From: Alphaproteobacteria bacterium | Lineage (GTDB): Bacteria > Pseudomonadota > Alphaproteobacteria > MPNO01 | DNA: 64,000 nucleotides | Reading direction: 5' to 3' | Assembly: GCA_965248835.1 (NCBI GenBank) | Contig: CBDFLJ010000002.1 | Location: forward strand, 1,216,001-1,280,000 | Part shown: piece after piece, positions 8,663 through 18,528 of the stretch | Layout of the letters: the number at the start of each line of letters is the position of its first letter | Numbering within the stretch: the stretch's first letter is position 1 | The notes under the pieces: model-generated | Database searches by the model: none | Told to the model about the DNA's origin: nothing | The model's input: only the letters and a program-made list of their open reading frames with translations | Position numbers and translations under genes: made by a program

Positions 8663-9849
8663 GCCGGACCTTGCGGGCCCGCGGAGCGTTTGGCGCCCTG
8701 CTGATCACCGTCTTCATCGACATGGTCGGGTTCGGGATCATCATTCCGTTCACGCCGTTCTGGGCGGAAAAGTTCGGTGCCTCGCCCGATATCGTCACCC
8801 TGCTGTTCGCCACCTATTCGATCTTCTCGTTCGCCTTCGCGTTTCTGTGGGGTTGGGCGAGCGACCGCTGGGGCCGCAAGCCCGTCCTGGTGCTGAGCCT
8901 GATGGGCTCGGTGCTGTCCTTCCTGTGGCTGGGACTTGCCGAAGCGCTGTGGATGCTGTTCGCCGCCCGTGCGCTGGGCGGGATCTTCGGCGCGAACATC
9001 CCGGTCGGCCAGGCCTATATCGCCGACATCGCGCCGCCGGAAAGCCGGGCCAAGGGGCTGGGTCTGCTCGGCGCGGCCATCGGGTTGGGCTTCACCCTCG
9101 GCCCGGCGATCGGCGGGCTCCTGGCCGGGCCGGATCCCGCGAACCCGGATTTCCGGACACCTTTCTTCGCCGCCGCCGGGGTGTCGTTTCTCGGCATGGT
9201 CTTCGCAGCGGTCTTCCTGCCCGAGCCAGGACAGCGCAGGGAGGACGGCGCTCACAAGAGCGCAATGGAGCGGCTGAGCGGGTTCTCCAAGGTCATCACC
9301 AGCCCCGTCGTCGTCGGCGCGGTGACCTGCCTGACCATGATGGGCTTCGTCATGGGCGGGCTCGAATCGACCTTTGCCATCTGGACCGAACGCGTCGTCC
9401 AATGGGGCCCACGCGAGACCGGTTACTTCTTCGCCTATATCGGCGTGTTGCTGGTGATCATCCAGGGCGGTCTGATCGGCGTGCTGGTCAGGCGCCTCGG
9501 CGAGGCGCGGCTGGCTGCGGCGGCGATCCTGGTCATGGCGGGCGGCATCGGCATGCTGCCCTGGTGCGATACGGTCGAGCTTATCGTGCTGAGCGGCGCC
9601 TTGATCTGCGTCGGCTTCGGCCTCGGTCAGCCGTCGCTCAACGCGCTGGTCTCGCGCAATGCGCCGGCCGGCAGCCAAGGCGCGGTCATGGGGGCATCGC
9701 AGTCCGCGCAAAGCCTTGCCCGGATTTTCGGGCCAGTGACCGCCGGCGCCCTGTTCGCCTCTCTGGGCCGGGATTCGCCCTATGTGATGGGCGGCATCGT
9801 CCTGTTTGCCGCCTTCCTGGTGGCGGTCGCCATCTTGCGCGACCGATAA
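8659..9849 (+). CDS. MFS transporter, TetA/DHA1-like
   Basis: FIDMVGFGIIIP, WASDRWGRKPVL, GFTLGPAIGG; GTGA overlap with upstream stop. Confidence 0.88.
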   Translation: MSRTLRARGAFGALLITVFIDMVGFGIIIPFTPFWAEKFGASPDIVTLLFATYSIFSFAFAFLWGWASDRWGRKPVLVLSLMGSVLSFLWLGLAEALWMLFAARALGGIFGANIPVGQAYIADIAPPESRAKGLGLLGAAIGLGFTLGPAIGGLLAGPDPANPDFRTPFFAAAGVSFLGMVFAAVFLPEPGQRREDGAHKSAMERLSGFSKVITSPVVVGAVTCLTMMGFVMGGLESTFAIWTERVVQWGPRETGYFFAYIGVLLVIIQGGLIGVLVRRLGEARLAAAAILVMAGGIGMLPWCDTVELIVLSGALICVGFGLGQPSLNALVSRNAPAGSQGAVMGASQSAQSLARIFGPVTAGALFASLGRDSPYVMGGIVLFAAFLVAVAILRDR

Positions 9850-9945
9850 TCGCGAAAACCGACGTCGCGGGGCTCGATTTTGTCTGTCTCATCGGCGATT
9901 ATTCGCTACCCGAGAAACTGGGGATTGTGGTCCAGGAGGCAATCG

Positions 9946-10815
9946 ATGGGAGAGTTGAACTACGCCGCGCCGGAGACCCTGCAAGACGCTGTCGCGATGC
10001 TTGCAGATGCAGGCGGCGGCGGGCAGGTCCTTGCCGGCGGCACCGACGTGCTGGTGCTGCTGCACGGTGAGGTCATCGAGCCCGACCTCATCGTCGACAT
10101 CAAGAACATCCCCGAACTCCAAGGCATCACGGTCGATGACGGCGCCTATACCGTCGGTGCCGCGACCACCGGCATGGCCCTGGTGGACCATCAGGGTTTC
10201 AGCGCGACGTGGCCGGGGGTGATCGAGGGTGTCGCCCTGATCGGCTCGATCCAGGTCAAGGGGCGGGCCAGCATGGGCGGCAATCTGTGCAACGCCTCGC
10301 CTGCGGCGGACTGCGTACCGCCTCTGATCACCGCCCGCGCGCTTGCCAACATCATCGGCCCGAACGGTCCGCGCAGCGTCCCGGTCGAGGACATCGTCAC
10401 CGGCCCGGGCAAGACTTCCCTGGCGCTGGGCGAGATCATCGTCTCGTTCACCTTCCCCAAGCGTCCGCCCCATTCCGGCGACTGCTATCTGCGCCTGACG
10501 CCGCGCACCGAGATGGACATCGCGATCGTCGGTGCGGCGGTCAACCTCACCCTCGACGACGACGGCACATGCACCGATGCCCGTGTCTCGCTGGGCGCGG
10601 TTGCGCCGACCCCGCTGCTGGTCGAACAGGCGGGCGCTGCGCTGGTCGGCACCAAGGTCGACGATGAGGCGCTTGCGAACCTGTCCGCGGCCGCGAGCGC
10701 AGCCTGCAATCCGATCAACGACAAGCGCGGCACGATCGCCTACCGCATCAAGACAACGGGTGTAATAGCGCGCCGCGCCGCGCAGACTGCGCTCGAGCGT
10801 GCGAGGAGGAACTGA
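9946..10815 (+). CDS. Xanthine dehydrogenase/CO dehydrogenase family FAD-binding (medium) subunit
   Basis: LAGGTD, ASMGGNLCNASPAAD; AGGAGG RBS. Confidence 0.9.
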   Translation: MGELNYAAPETLQDAVAMLADAGGGGQVLAGGTDVLVLLHGEVIEPDLIVDIKNIPELQGITVDDGAYTVGAATTGMALVDHQGFSATWPGVIEGVALIGSIQVKGRASMGGNLCNASPAADCVPPLITARALANIIGPNGPRSVPVEDIVTGPGKTSLALGEIIVSFTFPKRPPHSGDCYLRLTPRTEMDIAIVGAAVNLTLDDDGTCTDARVSLGAVAPTPLLVEQAGAALVGTKVDDEALANLSAAASAACNPINDKRGTIAYRIKTTGVIARRAAQTALERARRN

Positions 10816-11294
10816 TGACACGAAAGGTCCATGTAAGGACGATCGTCAACGGCGACGAATACGAGTATCTGTGCGAGCCGGGCCAGACCCTGGTCGACGT
10901 GCTGCGCAACGAGCTCACGCTGACCGGGACCAAGGAAGGCTGCTCAACCGGCGATTGCGGGGCGTGCAGCGTGATGCTCGACGGCACCCTGGTGTGCTCG
11001 TGCCTGACGCTGGCGATCGAGACCGACGGCAAGTCGGTCGAGACCATCGAGGGCATGGCCCAGGGCGAGGAGCTGCATCCGCTGCAGCGGAACTTCTTGG
11101 AGCTCAACGGGTTGCAGTGCGGCATCTGCACTCCCGGCATCCTGATCGCGGCGCGCGCGTTGCTGGAGCGCAACCCCGACCCGAGCGAGACCGAGATCCG
11201 GTTCTGGCTTGCCGGCAACCTCTGCCGCTGTACCGGTTACGACAAGGTGATTCGATCCGTCCAGGCGGCGGCCGAAGAAATGAGAGGAAACTGA
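10815..11294 (+). CDS. Xanthine dehydrogenase family 2x[2Fe-2S] (small) subunit
   Basis: GTKEGCSTGDCGAC, QCGICTPG, GNLCRCTGY. Confidence 0.93.
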   Translation: MTRKVHVRTIVNGDEYEYLCEPGQTLVDVLRNELTLTGTKEGCSTGDCGACSVMLDGTLVCSCLTLAIETDGKSVETIEGMAQGEELHPLQRNFLELNGLQCGICTPGILIAARALLERNPDPSETEIRFWLAGNLCRCTGYDKVIRSVQAAAEEMRGN

Positions 11295-11296
11295 CA

Positions 11297-13573
11297 ATGG
11301 CGACCATCCTCGAAGACAGCGGCTTCAATCCCGATAAGGCGCTCAAGGTCGTTGGCCAGAACCCGGTCAAGCAGGACGGGCCGGACAAGGTCACCGGGCG
11401 GGCGAAGTTCGGCGCCGACCTGGTGCTGCCGGGCATGTTGTTCGGCAAGATCCTGAGGAGCCCGCATGCGCATGCGATGCTCAGGTCGATCGATATCTCG
11501 AAGGCCGAGGCGCTGCCGGGCGTCAAGGCGGTCGTCACCCGCGACGATTTCCCGGACCACCCCCAGGGAAGCCCGAACGGCGATCTGACCCGCAACATCA
11601 TGGCCCGCGAGAAGGTTTTCTATGACGGCCATCCGGTCGCGGCGGTTGCCGCGACCAGCGAGGCAATTGCCAAGCGCGCGATCCGGCTGATCGAAGTCGA
11701 CTACGAAACCCTGCCGCACGTCATCGACCCGGTCGAGGCGATGCAAGATGACGCGCCGGTCTTGCACGATTACCTGCGCACCAAGGGAATCGAGGGCGTC
11801 GAGGACAAAACGACCAACCTGGTCGAGCGGCTTGACCTCGACATGGGCGATGTCGAGAAGGGCTTCGCCGAGGCCGATGTGATCGTCGAGCGCGAATTCG
11901 ACAGCAAGCCGATGCACCAGGGCTATATCGAGCCCCAGGGTTGCGTCGCCAACTGCAACGACGACGACGAAATCGAGCTCTGGTGCTGCACCCAGGGCAC
12001 CCACGTCTTCCGTGACCGGCTGGCGGCAATCCTCAAGCTGGATTCCTCGCGCATCCGGGTCAGCCAGTCCGAGATGGGCGGCGGGTTCGGCGGCAAGACC
12101 GGCTTCTACGGCGAGCCGCTCGCGGTGGTCCTGTCCAAGAAGGCGCGCCGCCCGGTCAAGATCGTGCTTACCCGCAACGAGGTCTTCCGCTGCACCGGCC
12201 CGGTCGCCGGCACCCATTCGCGGATCAAGATCGGCTGCACCAAGGACGGCAAGATCACCGCGGCCGCGGCCGAGCTGATCTTCCAGACCGGCGCGTTCAC
12301 CGGCTCGATGTTCTTCAACGCCGGCCAGGCGATGTTCACCCGTTACGCGCTGGAGAACATCAAGACGCGCTCCTACGAGGTCGTCTCCAACCGGCCGAAG
12401 GTCAACGCCTTCCGCGCACCCTGCGTGCCGCAGATCGTCTTCGGCGTCGAGGGCATCATCTCCGAACTGGCCGAGAAGGTCGGCATGGACGGCATCGACT
12501 TCCGACTCAAGAATGCCGCGGTCGAAGGCTACCGGACGATCTACGGCGACACGTTCGGCCCGGTCGGCTTCGTCGAGACCCTGGAGGCCGCCAAGGCCTG
12601 CGACCACTACAACACGCCGGTCGCCGAGGGCGAGGGCAGGGGGATCGCCAGCGGCTTCTGGTTCAACCGCGGCGGCGACACCACGGGCTCTCTCACCATC
12701 ACGCCCGACGGCTCGGTGACGATCATGCTGGGGACGTCCGACGTCGCGGGCTCGCGCGTCTCGATCAGCATGATGGCCGCCGAGGAGCTCGGCGTGCCGC
12801 TCGACAAGGTGCGCGCGATCCTGGCCGACACCAGCGCGATCGGCAACAACCGCGTGACCGCGGGCAGCCGCACCACCTTCTCCTCCGGTATGGTGATCGT
12901 CGATTCCGCCCGCAAGACGATCAAGGAGATGGTCAGGCGCACCGCCGAGATCTGGGGCGTCTCCGAGGAGGAGGTGACCTTCGAGGACGGCTATTGCCGG
13001 CCGGCCAGCGCCAACGTGGGCGATTTCGACCCGTTGTCGATCGCCGACATCGCGGCGCGGACCAGCGTCAGCCACGGTGCGATCTCCGGCCATTCGGAGC
13101 TTAACGTCACCGGCGCGGGTCCCGGGTTCGGCCTGCATATCGTCGACCTCAAGGTCGACCGCGAGACCGGCCGGGTCGATATCTCCCGCTACACCGTGGT
13201 CGAGGACGCCGGAAAGGCGATCCATCCGCTCCAGGTCGAGGGCCAGTTCCAGGGCGGCGCCGTCCAGGGCGTCGGCTGGGCGCTGAACGAGGAGTACATC
13301 TACAACGAGGACGGCAGGCTCGATAACCCAAGCTTCCTCGACTACCGCATGCCGGTCGCCTCCGACGTGCCGATGGTCGATACCGTCATCGTCGAGGTAC
13401 CCAACCCGCTTCACCCCTATGGCCTGCGCGGCGTCGGCGAGGTGCCGGTGGTGCCGACCCTGGCCGCGATCGGCAACGCCATCGGCAACGCCATCGGCAT
13501 CCGGCCGCAATCGCTGCCGATGTCCCCGCCCAAGCTGCTCGAACTCATGGAGCAGGCCCAAGGCGGCGGCTAA
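11297..13573 (+). CDS. Xanthine dehydrogenase family molybdopterin-binding (large) subunit
   Basis: KVTGRAKF, HQGYIEP, GGGFGGK, AFRAP, GSR, GGAVQG, GVGEVP (catalytic Glu). Confidence 0.92.
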   Translation: MATILEDSGFNPDKALKVVGQNPVKQDGPDKVTGRAKFGADLVLPGMLFGKILRSPHAHAMLRSIDISKAEALPGVKAVVTRDDFPDHPQGSPNGDLTRNIMAREKVFYDGHPVAAVAATSEAIAKRAIRLIEVDYETLPHVIDPVEAMQDDAPVLHDYLRTKGIEGVEDKTTNLVERLDLDMGDVEKGFAEADVIVEREFDSKPMHQGYIEPQGCVANCNDDDEIELWCCTQGTHVFRDRLAAILKLDSSRIRVSQSEMGGGFGGKTGFYGEPLAVVLSKKARRPVKIVLTRNEVFRCTGPVAGTHSRIKIGCTKDGKITAAAAELIFQTGAFTGSMFFNAGQAMFTRYALENIKTRSYEVVSNRPKVNAFRAPCVPQIVFGVEGIISELAEKVGMDGIDFRLKNAAVEGYRTIYGDTFGPVGFVETLEAAKACDHYNTPVAEGEGRGIASGFWFNRGGDTTGSLTITPDGSVTIMLGTSDVAGSRVSISMMAAEELGVPLDKVRAILADTSAIGNNRVTAGSRTTFSSGMVIVDSARKTIKEMVRRTAEIWGVSEEEVTFEDGYCRPASANVGDFDPLSIADIAARTSVSHGAISGHSELNVTGAGPGFGLHIVDLKVDRETGRVDISRYTVVEDAGKAIHPLQVEGQFQGGAVQGVGWALNEEYIYNEDGRLDNPSFLDYRMPVASDVPMVDTVIVEVPNPLHPYGLRGVGEVPVVPTLAAIGNAIGNAIGIRPQSLPMSPPKLLELMEQAQGGG

Positions 13574-13621
13574 GCCCAGGATCGGGATCGGCCCGACGGA
13601 TCCGAAAGGGGCCCGGCGGCG

Positions 13622-15691
13622 TTGAGCGATTACCGGCTGGGTGTCGATGTCGGCGGCACCCATACCGATCTCGTGCTGCTGGACGGCACGGGCCAGGCCC
13701 TGATCGAGAAGGTCCAGAGCACGCCGGAGAACCCGGCGATGGCGGTGCTCGAGGGCATCGCGCGGCTCGTCGGGCGCGGCATCGATGCACGCGCCATCGA
13801 TTTCTTCGGCCACGGCACCACGGTGACGACCAACGCGCTTTTGGAGATGAAGGGCGCGCGTCTGGGCATGCTGATCACCGACGGGTTCCGGGCGATCCAG
13901 GAGGTCCAGAGCCAGGCCCGCGAAACCAACCAGTTCGAGCTCAAGTTCAAGAGGCCGCCGCCGCTGGTGCCCCAGAGCCTGACCGCAGAAATCCGCGGCC
14001 GGATCGATCATGCCGGCAACGAGATCACGCCGCTGTCCGAGGCCGACATCCACGAAGCCGTCCGCCGCCTGGCCGAGGCCGGCGTCGAGGCCTATGCGGT
14101 CTGCTACCTGTTCTCCTACATGAACCCCGCCCATGAGCGGCGCACAGCCGAAATCATCCGTGAGCATGTCCCGGACGCCTATGTCTCGCTTTCCTGCGAG
14201 GTGCTGCCGCGCGTCCGTGAGTGGCCACGGATGTCGACGACCTTGCTGAACGCCTATCTCGAACCGGTTCTGGTGCGCTATGCCGCCGATCTCGACCGCG
14301 GGCTGGACGAGGCCGGTCTGGCGACACCCCGGCGGTTCCTGATGCAGTCCAACGGCGGCGTGATGCCGCTCGATGCCTCGCGCGGCGGCGGGCGGACCGT
14401 GCATACCCTGTTGTCGGGTCCGGCGGCCGGAGTCCAGGCCTGCGGCTACGCGCTGGGCGAGCTCCAGGGCTGGTCCAGGATCGTCACCATGGACATGGGG
14501 GGCACGAGCTGCGACATCGCCTTCATCGAGGACGGCGCGCCGCTGGAGGCGACCGAGGGGATGATCGCCGAGCGCAGGCTCGACATCCCGGCGCTCGATA
14601 TTTCGACCATCTCCGCCGGAGGCGGGACCATCGCGCGGCTCGGCGCGGCGCAGTATCTCTCGGTCGGCCCCGACAGCGCCGGCGCAAGCCCGGGTCCGGC
14701 GTGCTACGGCAAAGGCGGCACACGCCCGACGGTGACCGATGCGGACCTGCTGTGCGGTTACCTCAACCCCGACCATCTCCTGGGCGGAGCGACCCGGCTC
14801 GACAGGGAGGCCGCCGCCGGGGCGATCGAGAGCGCGATCGCCCGGCCGATGGGGCTGAGCCTCGGAGAGGCTGCGGCCGGGATCGTGCGGCTGATCAACG
14901 CGCGCATGGCTGACGAGATCCGGGTGCAGGCCGCGAAGAAGGTGATCGAGCTTGGCGAATTCACCCTGGTGGCGTTCGGTGGTGCGGGCCCGGTCCACGC
15001 CGCAACCGTCGCCGAAGAGCTCGGCATCCACCGCATCCTGGTGCCGCCGAATCCCGGCGCCTTTTCCGCCCTGGGCCTGTTGTGCACCGATGTCGTCCAC
15101 GACTACATCCGCTCCGAAGTCGGCGATATCGCCGCCATGGCGCCGGAACGCGGTGAGGCGGCGTTCGCCGGGCTCGAGGCCCGGGCGGCTGCCGATCTCG
15201 CGGCCGAAGGGCTGGGCGACCAGCCGCGGCACTTCATCCGCGAAATCGACCTGCGCTATGCCGGTCAAGGCTATGAAATCCGCACCCCGCTGGACGGGCT
15301 GGCGGCGCGCCCGCTGACCGCCGAGGGAATCGTTCAGATCCGGGCGCGGTTCCACGATCTGCACCGGGAACTGCACGGCCATTCGGCGCCGGACTCCGGG
15401 ATCGAGGTGGTGAGCTTCCGCGTCCGGGTCCGCGTGCCGGTTCCCAAGCAGGCCGTCGCCGATCCGATCGCGGTGCGCAGCGGTTCCGGCACACCACGGG
15501 GCACGCGTCCGGTTACCTTCGACGGCACGTCGTGGCACGACACGCCGGTCTACTGGCGCGATGAGCTGGGGACCGCCGCGCTCGGCGGGCCGGCGGTGAT
15601 CGAGCAGCTCGATGCGACCACCGTGGTGCCGGTGGGCTGGACCGCACAGCGCGACCGGTACGGCAACATTCTCGCGGAGCGCGCGGCATGA
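13622..15691 (+). CDS. Hydantoinase A / 5-oxoprolinase ATP-binding subunit
   Basis: GVDVGGTHTD, HGTTVTTNA, SGPAAG, DMGGTS, GPDSAGASPGPACY; TTG start. Confidence 0.92.
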   Translation: MSDYRLGVDVGGTHTDLVLLDGTGQALIEKVQSTPENPAMAVLEGIARLVGRGIDARAIDFFGHGTTVTTNALLEMKGARLGMLITDGFRAIQEVQSQARETNQFELKFKRPPPLVPQSLTAEIRGRIDHAGNEITPLSEADIHEAVRRLAEAGVEAYAVCYLFSYMNPAHERRTAEIIREHVPDAYVSLSCEVLPRVREWPRMSTTLLNAYLEPVLVRYAADLDRGLDEAGLATPRRFLMQSNGGVMPLDASRGGGRTVHTLLSGPAAGVQACGYALGELQGWSRIVTMDMGGTSCDIAFIEDGAPLEATEGMIAERRLDIPALDISTISAGGGTIARLGAAQYLSVGPDSAGASPGPACYGKGGTRPTVTDADLLCGYLNPDHLLGGATRLDREAAAGAIESAIARPMGLSLGEAAAGIVRLINARMADEIRVQAAKKVIELGEFTLVAFGGAGPVHAATVAEELGIHRILVPPNPGAFSALGLLCTDVVHDYIRSEVGDIAAMAPERGEAAFAGLEARAAADLAAEGLGDQPRHFIREIDLRYAGQGYEIRTPLDGLAARPLTAEGIVQIRARFHDLHRELHGHSAPDSGIEVVSFRVRVRVPVPKQAVADPIAVRSGSGTPRGTRPVTFDGTSWHDTPVYWRDELGTAALGGPAVIEQLDATTVVPVGWTAQRDRYGNILAERAA

Positions 15692-17358
15692 CCGGCCGCG
15701 TCGATCCGATTACCGTCGAGCTCCTGCGCAACCGCATCGCCAGCGTGATGCAGCAGATGGACTACCACTTCTACCGCTCGGGCTATTCGACGATCGTCCG
15801 CGAGTCCCGCGACTTCAGTTGCGTGATCGTCGATGCCGACGGCCGGCTGCTCGTCGCGCCGTGGATGTTCTTCCACGGCCCGGTCTATTACCACCTGATC
15901 CAGCGGATCCTCGCGATCTACGGCACCGCGGACCTCGCCGAGGGCGACGTGTTCGTTTCCAACCACCCCTATGAGGGCAATCTGCCGCACGCCTCCGACA
16001 TGGGCTTCGTCGCTCCGATCGTCCATGACGGCCGGCTCGTGGCCTTCGCGGCCACGATCGCCCACAAGGCCGATGTCGGCGGCACCGTGCCGGGCAGTAC
16101 CTACGGCCAGGCGACCGAGCTCTATCACGAAGGGATGCTGCTGCCGCCGATCCGCATCCACCGGGCGGGCGAGCCGATCGAGGACATGATGCGGCTGATC
16201 GCGGCGAACACCCGCGCGCCCTATGTGGTGCTCGGCGACATTTCGGGCCAGATCGGCGTGACCCGGATCGGCCGCCAGCACGTTCACGAGATGTGCGCGC
16301 GCTACGGCACCGGGACCGTGCTGGCGGCGATGGAAGCGATGATCGACGCCTCGGGCGAGGATTTCCGGGCGGCTCTCGCGCGTATCCCCGACGGGGTCGG
16401 CGAGGCCGAGGGCTTTCTCGATCACGACGGCGTCGACGAGTCCACGCCGGTCCGCATCCATGTCCGGGTTGCCGTCAAGGACGGGCGGCTGGCCTTCGAC
16501 TTCACCGGCTGCGATGCGCAGACGCGCGGGCCGGTGAACCTGCGGATCGCAATGGTCGAGGCGTGCGTGTTCTACTGCCTGATCGGGCTGCTCGATCCCG
16601 ATCTGCGCTTCTCTGACGGCGCGCGCAAGCTGGTCAGCTTCAGCTTCGCGCCGCGCAGCGTGCTGAGCGCCGAGCCGCCGGCGCCGTGCTCGTCCTACAT
16701 GAAGACCTGCCAGAAGCTGGTGGACGTCATCCTTGAGGCGCTCGACCCGCTGCTCGAGGGGCGGGCGATCGCCCATTCCGGCGGCAGCGGCGGCTCGATC
16801 GTTGTCGCCTGGCAGGACGGGGCGGCGAGCGACCGCGGCAACCAGTACGAGATCTTCGGCAGCGCCTACGGGGCCGGCGAAGGCGCCGACGGCGCCTCGG
16901 GTGCGACGGTCCATCTCGCCAACCTCTACGCCGCGCCGGTCGAGATCATCGAATCCGAGTTCCCCTGCCGCATCCGGCGCTTCGAGCTCGATGCCGATTC
17001 GGGCGGGGCGGGGCGGTTCCGCGGCGGGCTCAATTTCCGCCGGGTCTACGAGCTGCTCGCGCCGGCCCAGGTGGTCTACCGCTCCGACAGGGCGCGCGTC
17101 CCGCCGGCCGGACTGCGCGGCGGCAAGCCCGGCGGCCCGAGCCGCCTCACCCTCAACCCCGGCACCGCCGACGCCCGGACCATGCCTTCGTCCTGCCGTC
17201 TCGAGCTCGAGGCGGGCACGGTCTTTTCCGTCAACGGCGCCGGCGGCGGCGGTTACGGCGAGCCCGCCGAGCGCGCCCGCGAGAGCATCGCCCACGACCT
17301 TGAACAAGGCTACGTCACCCGGGAAGGCGCCAGGCGGGACTACGGTTACGAGGGGTAG
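15688..17358 (+). CDS. Hydantoinase B / 5-oxoprolinase subunit
   Basis: VDPITVE, IVRESRDFS, HKADVGG, DSGGAGRFRGG, GGGGYG; ATGA overlap. Confidence 0.92.
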   Translation: MTGRVDPITVELLRNRIASVMQQMDYHFYRSGYSTIVRESRDFSCVIVDADGRLLVAPWMFFHGPVYYHLIQRILAIYGTADLAEGDVFVSNHPYEGNLPHASDMGFVAPIVHDGRLVAFAATIAHKADVGGTVPGSTYGQATELYHEGMLLPPIRIHRAGEPIEDMMRLIAANTRAPYVVLGDISGQIGVTRIGRQHVHEMCARYGTGTVLAAMEAMIDASGEDFRAALARIPDGVGEAEGFLDHDGVDESTPVRIHVRVAVKDGRLAFDFTGCDAQTRGPVNLRIAMVEACVFYCLIGLLDPDLRFSDGARKLVSFSFAPRSVLSAEPPAPCSSYMKTCQKLVDVILEALDPLLEGRAIAHSGGSGGSIVVAWQDGAASDRGNQYEIFGSAYGAGEGADGASGATVHLANLYAAPVEIIESEFPCRIRRFELDADSGGAGRFRGGLNFRRVYELLAPAQVVYRSDRARVPPAGLRGGKPGGPSRLTLNPGTADARTMPSSCRLELEAGTVFSVNGAGGGGYGEPAERARESIAHDLEQGYVTREGARRDYGYEG

Positions 17359-17403
17359 AGTCAGTTCGCCCCAAAAAATCGACCCCGAGCCCAACTGACG
17401 TTC

Positions 17404-18528
17404 TCAGGCGCAGGCCGCACCTTCGACAAGGGATTCAAGCTTGAGACGGGCGATCGCCGGGTCGATCTTGCCGATGCCGGCAAAGGTGGCAAAGCCGCAA
17501 TCGGTGCCGGCGATGACGCGCTCGCGCCCGACAAGGTCGACGAAGCGGCCGATCCGTTCGGCGACCAGGGCGGGGTGCTCGACATAGTTGGTCGTCGAAT
17601 CGATCACCCCGGGGATGAGGATCTTGTCATCCGGCAGGCCGCGGCCGCGAAAGACCGTCCATTCGTGGGCATGGCGCGGGTTCGCCGCCTCGAACAGCAA
17701 CGCCTGCGGCTTGGCCTTCATCAGCGCGGCAAAGATCTTGTCCAGTGCAATGTCGCGGTGGTGCGGGCCCTCGTAGTTGCCCCAGCAGACATGCATGCGC
17801 GCGCGCTCGGCCGGCACGTTCGCGAGCGCGGCGTTAAGCACCGCGACATGGACCTCCGCATGGCGGACGAAGTCGGCATCGCTGTCGCGGCTGTAGACCA
17901 CGTGCCGGCCCATGGCGAGATCGGGGCAGTCGATCTGGACGGTCAGCCCCGCCCGGGCGATCGCTTCGTATTCCCCGGCCATCGCTTCGGCGAGCGCGGC
18001 CAGATAGGCGTCCTGGTTCGGATAGTGGTCGTTCGCCTGGAAAATGGCGATCACGCCCGGGGATGCGGCGTTCATAAAGCCGTCCGCGATTCCGGCCTCG
18101 GCGAGCGTGCGGGTCAGGCGATCGATCTCGCGGGCGGCCGGCGCCCGGTCGCGCACCGCCACCGGGCCGGTACAGCGCGGCCGGTGCAGCCGGCGGGTGC
18201 CGGCGGCCTGGCCCATCTGCCGGCGATAGTCCGGGAAGTCGCCAAGATCGTCGAACAGGAGCGAAGGGCTCTCGCCGGAGAACCCGCTCAGCCGGTCCTG
18301 GATGTATGTCGCATAGCCGGTCCGGCCGACCTCGCCGTCGTTGACGATGTCGATGCCGATCGCGGCCTGCTCGGCAACGATCTCGGCGACCGCGCGGTCG
18401 ATGCGCGCCTCGAAGTCATCCGCATCGTAATCCTCGCCATGCTCCTTGGCGTGGAGCAGCGCCACCACATCGGCGGGCCGGGGCAGGCTGCCGACATGGG
18501 TGGTCCGGATGCGCGGAGGCTCAGAAAT
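17404..18528 (-). CDS. Cobalamin-independent methionine synthase II family Zn-thiol transferase (EtnE/epoxyalkane:CoM transferase-like); start uncertain
   Basis: TTHVGSLPRP, NDGE, HVCWGN, FEAANPRHAHEW, AGTDCGF; no ATG/GTG/TTG near the expected start. Confidence 0.85.
   Translation of the reverse strand: MSEPPRIRTTHVGSLPRPADVVALLHAKEHGEDYDADDFEARIDRAVAEIVAEQAAIGIDIVNDGEVGRTGYATYIQDRLSGFSGESPSLLFDDLGDFPDYRRQMGQAAGTRRLHRPRCTGPVAVRDRAPAAREIDRLTRTLAEAGIADGFMNAASPGVIAIFQANDHYPNQDAYLAALAEAMAGEYEAIARAGLTVQIDCPDLAMGRHVVYSRDSDADFVRHAEVHVAVLNAALANVPAERARMHVCWGNYEGPHHRDIALDKIFAALMKAKPQALLFEAANPRHAHEWTVFRGRGLPDDKILIPGVIDSTTNYVEHPALVAERIGRFVDLVGRERVIAGTDCGFATFAGIGKIDPAIARLKLESLVEGAACA

Noticed and set aside
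9946-13573. Aerobic CO dehydrogenase call
   Set aside because: Lacks the AYxCSFR and AYRGAGR loops and cox accessory genes
11237-15538. 1433-aa minus-strand ORF
   Set aside because: Antisense shadow of the Mo-hydroxylase and hydantoinase genes; expected from high-GC codon bias, no recognisable motifs
17360-17399. GTCAGTT/AACTGAC inverted repeat between convergent genes
   Set aside because: 7-bp stem with a long loop; too weak to call a terminator
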